DNA of 64,000 nt. Source: Octopus vulgaris (lineage: Eukaryota). A model generated the notes under the pieces. It was given only the letters and a program-made list of their open reading frames with translations. It made no database searches and had not been told where the DNA came from. Position 1 is the first letter of the stretch. Each line of letters begins with the position of its first letter. Where the stretch lies: contig OX597831.1 of NCBI GenBank assembly GCA_951406725.2, positions 22,010,001 through 22,074,000 on the forward strand, in the 5' to 3' direction. Below, one piece after another: positions 56,836-64,000 of this stretch. The position numbers were made by a program, and so were the translations under genes.

Positions 56836-57225
56836 TGCCTTTGCACAGCTTCCAACGCTGGAGATATACTACGGTGCCCGCTGTTCACTACCAGTGAACT
56901 AAGGTAACAACCTTTATTTTTCGAGCAACATCCGGAGTATTCGAGCGGTTCCAGGCAGTGCTGTTTTCTGCAAGTGCTCCACCCTTATTGCAACCCTATT
57001 TGTTCCATGTATTTCTCAAGATACTTACTCACTGTTCTCAGGGTTCTCAAAATTATTGACACTACTACCTCCTTTTCACCGACAACTGCTTAACTTCCCA
57101 AGCTAACCTGTCATACCTATCGACTTTTCTTTCTTTCTTATCTCATACCTTGTTGTCAGCTGGGCATGCTATATCTACCATTCAGCAACGTTTTCTTTCT
57201 TTCTCAATTAATACTATTATTTTTA
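56836..57225 (-). mobile_element. Dong/R4-type LINE 3' fragment (restriction-like endonuclease C-terminus)
   Basis: VDIACPADNKV, KKERKVDRYDRLAWEVKQL, LQKTALPGTARILRMLLEK*; flanked by (ATT)/(GTT)n arrays. Confidence 0.8.
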
Positions 57226-57234
57226 TTATGATTA

Positions 57235-57290
<56 letters not shown>

Positions 57291-57431
57291 GTTGTTGTTG
57301 TTGTTGCTGTTGTTGTTATGATTATTTTATTATTATTGTTGTTGTTATTATTATTATTGTTATTATTATTGTTATTGTTATTATTATTGTTATTGTTATT
57401 ATTATTATTATTGTTATTATTATTGTTACTA

Positions 57432-57492
<61 letters not shown>

Positions 57493-57520
57493 CATTATTA
57501 TTATTATTATTATTAATTAT

Positions 57521-57730
57521 GTGAAGGCACATGACTTAGTGGTCTGGTTGTTGTACTCACAACTGCAAGATCGTGGGTTCGATCCCGACACCGAGTGTTG
57601 TGTTGTGTTGTGTTGTTTTTTTTTTTAACAAAACACTTCATTTCCCGTTACTCTGCGATCATTTCTTCATGTGACATGTAGTACGTCGCGCAGCAGTACA
57701 GGTAAAGTCGATTTGATAGAGAGAGGGAGC
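57521..57730 (+). mobile_element. Old tRNA-derived SINE (B/C head)
   Basis: gtgaaggcacatgacttagtgg...gggttcgatccc. Confidence 0.6.
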
Positions 57731-58081
57731 TTATAAACCAAAGGTTTTCATCGGGGCCATTTGGAGCTCGAGGAGAGCATTTTGGAGCAAAGAGGCACTA
57801 GGGGACGCTAAGAGACTTGGGGGGCGCTAGTGGGTCGCTGGAAGACCCTCGTCTTTGAATGGGCGGAATTATGATGTAAGCACGTGCTATAAAACCCGTC
57901 ATAACTTTTGTATTTTTACGAATTTTTACAAAATGTTTCGATTTAATCTTCTGCATAATAGAATTGAAATGATTATGCAAAACACAAAAATCCAATCCCA
58001 CATATTTTTAAAATTCGTGGTTATAAAATACGGACAGTCTGAATCTACCATTCGTTTCTTTTCATAATTTCAAAATAATTT

Positions 58082-58490
58082 TTTAAGCCAAACGGGATAA
58101 AAAATTTTACGTTTATCTCGTTTGGCTTAACAGCCCTTCTTGTTTGTGTTACTGTTATTCTCCGTGTCCTGTCTTTTACTGTTTATATTTTGTACTGTCG
58201 TTACTGTCCTGTTTTTGTTACCATTTTTACCCCTCCGCAAAAAAATCTCAAATTTTATTTAATTTGATTTTCGCGGGAAGGAAATTTTCATTGAAGTCAT
58301 GTATCGCCTTGACCTTCGAAACGTGGAATAGATGAAATTAAGGCGACTGAAGAAGGGGAATTTTCCTTGTTTTGTATGTCCTGCACTCTATTTTTTCGCT
58401 GTTTCAAAAAATGTTCATTTCCTTGGTTTTGTGTTTATGTTTTCGTTTCTCATTGTGTTCGACGTTTTTTTGGTATCCTGTACCCAAATA
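58082..58490 (+). mobile_element. Interspersed repeat carrying a permuted hammerhead-like motif (copy 1)
   Basis: Homologous over ~370 bp to the reverse complement of 63350-63712; 19-bp hairpin at the 5' edge. Confidence 0.8.
58298..58358 (+). ncRNA. Non-circularly permuted hammerhead-like RNA, copy 1
   Basis: catg-TA-tcgcctt ga ccttc-GAAA-cgtg [14 nt] aaggcga-CTGAAGA-agggg. Confidence 0.7.
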
Positions 58491-59896
58491 TGCATGTATA
58501 TATACACGTAGAGGTAGGTACGTACATATATGTATGTATATATGCATGTGTTTTATTTATTTATTAATGTGGTGCCCCAGGATTTATATATATGGACGTT
58601 TGTATGCATTTATATATACACATACACACACATACAAATATATATATATATATAATATGATATAATATAACATAATATGATATCATATAAACATAATCAT
58701 TTTGCAGGTGCTCTCATCAGTTCTAAGTAAAAAGGGGGATGATTACGAAATAACTGGAAGCCTTTATGTCATTATTAGAAAAAATTGTGGAAACTGACTT
58801 TGAACATTGGGTTGCAGTTACCAGAACTGAAAAATATATATGGCTGGAAAGAGAAGGAGTGTTGTGAAGGAAACAACCTTTTCAATCCATTAAAATATAT
58901 TTGGGACGTATTCGACCTGTAAAAAAGACCATTTTCATTACACTGTGCTGTGATTTGTTACCTATTTGTGACGAAAGAATAAGTAGCTTGAAATGCATAT
59001 ATCAATCCGTAGAGGAAATTACGAAATGGCTTTCGTATTTAACATCCTTTGCCTAAAGCGCCAATTTTTCTCCATGGGAAACTGCTGTGAAAATGGTCTT
59101 TTATCGATCAAATATGCACCGAAACTATTTAAACTGGTCGAAAAGTTTGCTTTGGTGTATATATATATATATATATAATAATAATAAATATTAGGGAATA
59201 AATCCAAATTTACAAGGAAAAATCAGATTTAAGATTGAATCCAATTTTATAGTAAAATATTATATTATATCAAATTAGAGACAAAACCACTATTATGCAA
59301 ATCAAACAAAGAAAGACCTAAGCCAATACATAAAATAATTTATATAAATTAAAATTTAACATATGATAGAACTGGTAGTTTACCGGTAAAGCACTTCACT
59401 TTCCTTTCTCAGCGTTCGTAGGGTATTTGCTTAATAAGAAATACGGGAGATGGAAGATACGAGAATGTTTATTGGTAACTACAATTGTTTCGAACCATCC
59501 TCACGGGTGGGGAATCTGGTTTAGGTGCATCCGTTGGTGTAGGTGTGTCTCCTCAGGTGACAATATGCATCTCATTAAAATAACATCTGTTCCTCAAGAT
59601 TTCTTCTTGGTGTATGTATACAACAACAGTAGCAAATTAAAGGATACAGCTTCATTATTATATAAGACCAGTAACAAATATCATATGCAAAAAGAAACAA
59701 ATACACAATACGACAAAAACTAGATATCACGGTTAGTAGATATAGATGTACAAACGCCCTCGCTTACGTAGTCTGGCGCAAGAACACTCGCTCGTACAAA
59801 CATACACGAATATATAACCATAGGTCGATTCGTATTTGGTGCACATACGCTCACACGGCGAATTAAATACGTATGAATAAATCCATTGCCTAAAAG

Positions 59897-60511
59897 TGGT
59901 TAGTGATACGACACCGCTTGGTTCACTCGGTCTGGCCGATATACTTGTAGCACTTGTAGTGTCATGAATAAATTCGTAGATGTGTATTATTTGTATGCAT
60001 GTCTAATGAAATAACTGATAGCCTATAAAAAGTATTAAGCTAATGTTAGGATCACCAGTGTACGTAAGCGTAGATTTTTTTGCGTTTTTATCCCACAGTG
60101 AGTGATACTTACTAGGTGGCTGAAGTTATTTATCTCACATTATTCGGAATACAGTGGCCAACTGGTATCATAGTTATGCTGGTAACTAGTGTAGCACCGT
60201 GTTTATAAGAATGGGGATGTTGCAGCTAATTTGTCTATACATTTAGGCGAAGTCAACCTCGGCGGAATTTGAACTCAGAATATAAATACGGACGAAATGC
60301 CGTTAAGCATTTGCTCGGCGTGCTAACGATTCTGCCAGCTCACCGAATTACTACTACTACTACTGCTGCTGCTGCTGCCGCTGCTGCTGCTGGAAAATAC
60401 GAAAACTAAAAGAAGCAGCACATATGCTAGGACACAACAACCTCCTAAGCTGACAGAGTGCAGATATGAATAGCATAAGGGAACCGGTTTTAAGGAAGGA
60501 TAGGAAAATAC

Positions 60512-60554
<43 letters not shown>

Positions 60555-60732
60555 TAATAATAATAATATATTATATATTGAATATTATTTCATTAGTCAT
60601 GCATACGAATATTACACATCTACTATGAATCTATTCATGACACCATAATTGCTACTAGTATGTCGGCCAGACCTAGTGAACCTCACCACAGAATCCGTGA
60701 CTCACTACCAAGCGGTGTCGTATCACTAACCT
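59897..60732. repeat. Inverted repeat pair (59897-60014 / 60586-60732) around a ~570-bp spacer
   Basis: ggttagtgatacgacaccgcttgg versus ccaagcggtgtcgtatcactaacc, continuing inwards; the spacer contains a SINE D head (60245-60345). Confidence 0.8.
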
Positions 60733-60927
60733 GCCATCCTTCAGAGCTGCATGTGTATGTCTACACGCATACGCACACACACATGCACGCGCGCACTCCA
60801 TATACGCCTGTATATTAAGTAACAATGAAAAAATTTATGCTCGATCCTCTCCAGAAGCAAGCAAAATAGACCAAAGTGATAACACATACATACAGACGTG
60901 TCGCCTCACACACATACACACACACAT

Positions 60928-60958
<31 letters not shown>

Positions 60959-61012
60959 CACACACACATACACGCACACAAACACACACACACACATACA
61001 CACACACACATG

Positions 61013-62293
61013 CGAGGTAGTATCAAAAGGTTCCCGAACTAGTTACCTTTAGTAAAATAATAACTTAAAATAGTAATTACCTATATATTTAACTTCTTCA
61101 AAATGGTCATCCTGTGCAGCAAAACACCGGTCCCAGAGTTTCCCCCACTTTTGGAATCCAGCCTGGAAGTCGTTTTCCGTATGCGAGTTGTGGACTATAT
61201 GCGATTCGCTCTGGATCTTGATAATGGTGTTTAACCGACAAATATAGGCGTAGGAGTGGCTATGTAGTAAGTAGCTTGCTTACCAACCATATGGTTCTGG
61301 GTTCAGTCCCACTGCGTGGCACCTTGGGCAAGTGTTTTCTACTATAGCCTCGGGCCGACCAAAGCTTGTGAGTAGGTTTGGTAGACGGAAACTGAAAAAA
61401 GCCCGTCGTATATATGTATATGTTTATATATATGTGTGTGTATATGTTTGTGTGTCTGTTTGTCCCCGCAACATCGCTTGACAACCGATGCTGGTGTGTT
61501 TACGTCCCCGTAACATAGCGGTTCGGCGAAAGAGATCGATAGAATAAGTACTAGGCTTACAAAGAATAAGTCCTGGGTCGATTTGCTCGACTGAAGGCGG
61601 TGCTCCAGCATGGCCGCAGTCAAATGACTGAAACAAGTAAAAGAATAATAGAATAAAAGAACTTTTGAGCCGCATTTTCATCTTGAGGAAGAGATGGAAG
61701 TCCTCAGCGCTAAGTCTATCGAAAAGGGCGGATGCGGATGCGGAAGTGACACCATGTTGTTTTTGACGTGAAACTCACGGGTGAGGAGAGCTCAGTGACA
61801 GGAGGCATTGTCGTCGTGAAGAATCTAATTCTTCGCGTTCCACAGATCCGTTGGCTTTCGCCGAATGTCCGGCCTGAAATGCTTCAAACCTTCGTTGATT
61901 ATTCTTCGCCGATCCTCATGCACTGCTAACGAATTTTCTTCACATTTCCGTGGCTGGTCCTCCAGACCGCTCATCGTCTTCCAAGAACGTTCCTCCGTTT
62001 TTGAATTGCCCGTACAACTCGAGATATTGCGCACGACCTAATGCCTCGTCACCGTGAGCTTTCCAAAGCATGCTCGATGTCTCTGTAACAGACTTCCCGA
62101 GTTTAACGCAAAATTTCACTTTGGCTCTTTTCTTCCTACTTCCTGTCTATGACAAAAATCGCCGACTACAACATATATGTGATAACAAAAACATAAATTT
62201 TACAACTTGTGAGGTAAACACAGCGCTGTCACTCAACCGTGTGCTGTCATCTATTGGCGCGCTACAGAACTAGAAACGTTTTGATACACTTCG
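61013..62293 (-). mobile_element. Degenerate mariner with a nested SINE
   Basis: TIR-like cgaggtagtatcaaaaggttc / gaaacgttttgatacacttcg. Confidence 0.65.
61245..61645 (+). mobile_element. SINE family A, full length
   Basis: Complete head, internal microsatellite and tail. Confidence 0.9.
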
Positions 62294-62299
62294 CGTGTG

Positions 62300-62371
<72 letters not shown>

Positions 62372-62396
62372 ATATGTATATATATATGTATGTATG

Positions 62397-62427
<31 letters not shown>

Positions 62428-62458
62428 ATATGTATATATATATATATATATGTATGTA

Positions 62459-62495
<37 letters not shown>

Positions 62496-62625
62496 CATAT
62501 ATGTAGGTATATATATATATACATATATGTATATATATATATATATATAACAATATAATTTTAAAAAAACATATGCATATATACATACATATATGTACAT
62601 ACTTACATCTATATGTATATATACA

Positions 62626-62694
<69 letters not shown>

Positions 62695-62697
<3 letters not shown>

Positions 62698-63309
62698 GTA
62701 TTAATTTATAAAAATATGGTAAAGTAAAAAAATTAACTTTACCACACACCGAACTTTTCAGAAATAGCAGCCAAAAATTTGGCTATTTCTTCAACTGCAA
62801 ATAAAAGTCTCCAGACAATGCATACTCAGAAAAATAACTCACATAGGTATAAGGGAAAAACAATGAAAGACCACATCCATATACGATACCCGAGGACAGT
62901 CTGTTTCTGGATTTGTGGGTAAAACGCCACTTTTCCTTCATCAGCTCAGAGATTTCTTCTGATTTAGATTTGAAAATACTAAGAATCAAACATTCCCGTC
63001 CGATATCTGTAACATCGGACAAACCATGCCAGACACCCAGTACTAGCGAATCCAAAAATACGAATGAGATCTATTATTCTCCCTGTCCACCCACGTAAGT
63101 CATAGAGCATTACATTTCTACAGAGGTAAAAACTGCAGTTCAAATTCTTGGAGAGAAAGCATTATATTGTCATCAAAAAAGGGGTAGAATTAATTAATTG
63201 TTAATAAGTTCGACCAAGCAGTATTCGGTATGTAAAGACCATTTACGGTATATTTGAAGTATTAATTTATAAAAATATGGTAAAGTAAAAAAATTCACTT
63301 TATTTGATG

Positions 63310-63312
<3 letters not shown>
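62695..63312 (-). mobile_element. PLE 3' remnant between (TA)n arrays with terminal direct repeat
   Basis: gaagtattaatttataaaaatatggtaaagtaaaaaaatt at 62695 and 63256; degenerate SKNL..C..C..YVG.TGR (GIY-YIG-like) on the minus strand; contains a hammerhead motif. Confidence 0.7.
62890..62949 (-). ncRNA. Type I hammerhead ribozyme motif
   Basis: Minus strand: ctgag-CTGATGA-(a)gga..gtgg..ccac..tcc(a)-GAAA-cagactg-TC-ctcgg; GUC cleavage triplet. Confidence 0.75.
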
Positions 63313-63349
<37 letters not shown>

Positions 63350-63353
<4 letters not shown>

Positions 63354-63712
63354 TACAGGATACCACAAATAAACGGAGAACACAACGAGAAACGAAAACA
63401 TAAAATCAAACAAGGAAACAGACATTTTTTAACAACCAAAAAACAGAGTACAGGACAAACAATACAAGGAAAATTCCCCTTCATCAGCTGCCCCTGAGTC
63501 GACTCAATGCGTGTTTCGAAGGTAAGGGCAGAACACGGCCAGACCGAAACAATCCTTCCTGCAAAAGGAATTAAATAAAATTATTTTACAGAGGGGTAAA
63601 ACAAGTGACAAGAACAGGACGTAAAAGCAATACAAATGAAGAAAAAACAGTACAAATAAAGAATAACAGGACAAGGAAACCAACAATAAGGGGTTTTTTA
63701 TGCCTAGACGGT
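63350..63712 (-). mobile_element. Interspersed repeat carrying a permuted hammerhead-like motif (copy 2); 3' end on (TA)n
   Basis: Homologous to 58120-58490. Confidence 0.8.
63476..63537 (-). ncRNA. Non-circularly permuted hammerhead-like RNA, copy 2
   Basis: cgtg-TT-ctgccctt a ccttc-GAAA-cacg [14 nt] aggggcag-CTGATGA-agggg. Confidence 0.7.
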
Positions 63713-64000
63713 GGAAAAATTAGTTAGAACACATGTGAAAAATCGGCTTGCGAAAGACAGAGAAGTCGATGTATGCTTGTTGAAAGCACGAGCTGAAAGA
63801 AAGTTTTAGTAGCACTCCGGTCAACGGCCAGAGAGAGGTGGAGGAGGAGGAGGAGAGAGAGAGGAGGGAAAAGAAACCAGAAAGGGTGAAAAATAAGAAG
63901 GAGAGAGACAAGTAGAGAGGAAGACAGACAGGTAGGGAGGAAAGGTCAAGTAAAGAGTAAGAGTGCACACACACACACACACACACATGTGATAAAAAAA

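Overview
AT-rich, microsatellite-saturated eukaryotic DNA with no confidently identifiable host gene. The tRNA-derived SINE families and repeat style strongly suggest an octopus (cephalopod) intergenic or intronic region; this is inference. Most ORFs in the supplied track are artefacts of (TA)n, (CA)n, (GATA)n and (AAT)n arrays. The real content is transposon relics: four SINE families, RTE, CR1, Tx1/L1-type and Dong/R4-type LINE fragments, several mariner/Tc1 relics, non-autonomous Helitrons, and many Penelope-like (PLE) remnants embedded in (TA)n, often as fold-back inverted repeats. About ten hammerhead-ribozyme-like motifs can be folded by eye. The top finding is a repeat present twice (58.1-58.5 kb +, 63.35-63.71 kb -). 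It carries all hammerhead core segments, with covarying stems I and III, but in a non-circularly permuted order (UH segment, then GAAA segment, then CUGANGA segment). Also notable are a (GATA)n-associated Tx1-like LINE whose 3' tail is shared with a SINE, and (TAA)n-associated elements. All folds and alignments were made by eye and coordinates of degenerate relics are approximate.
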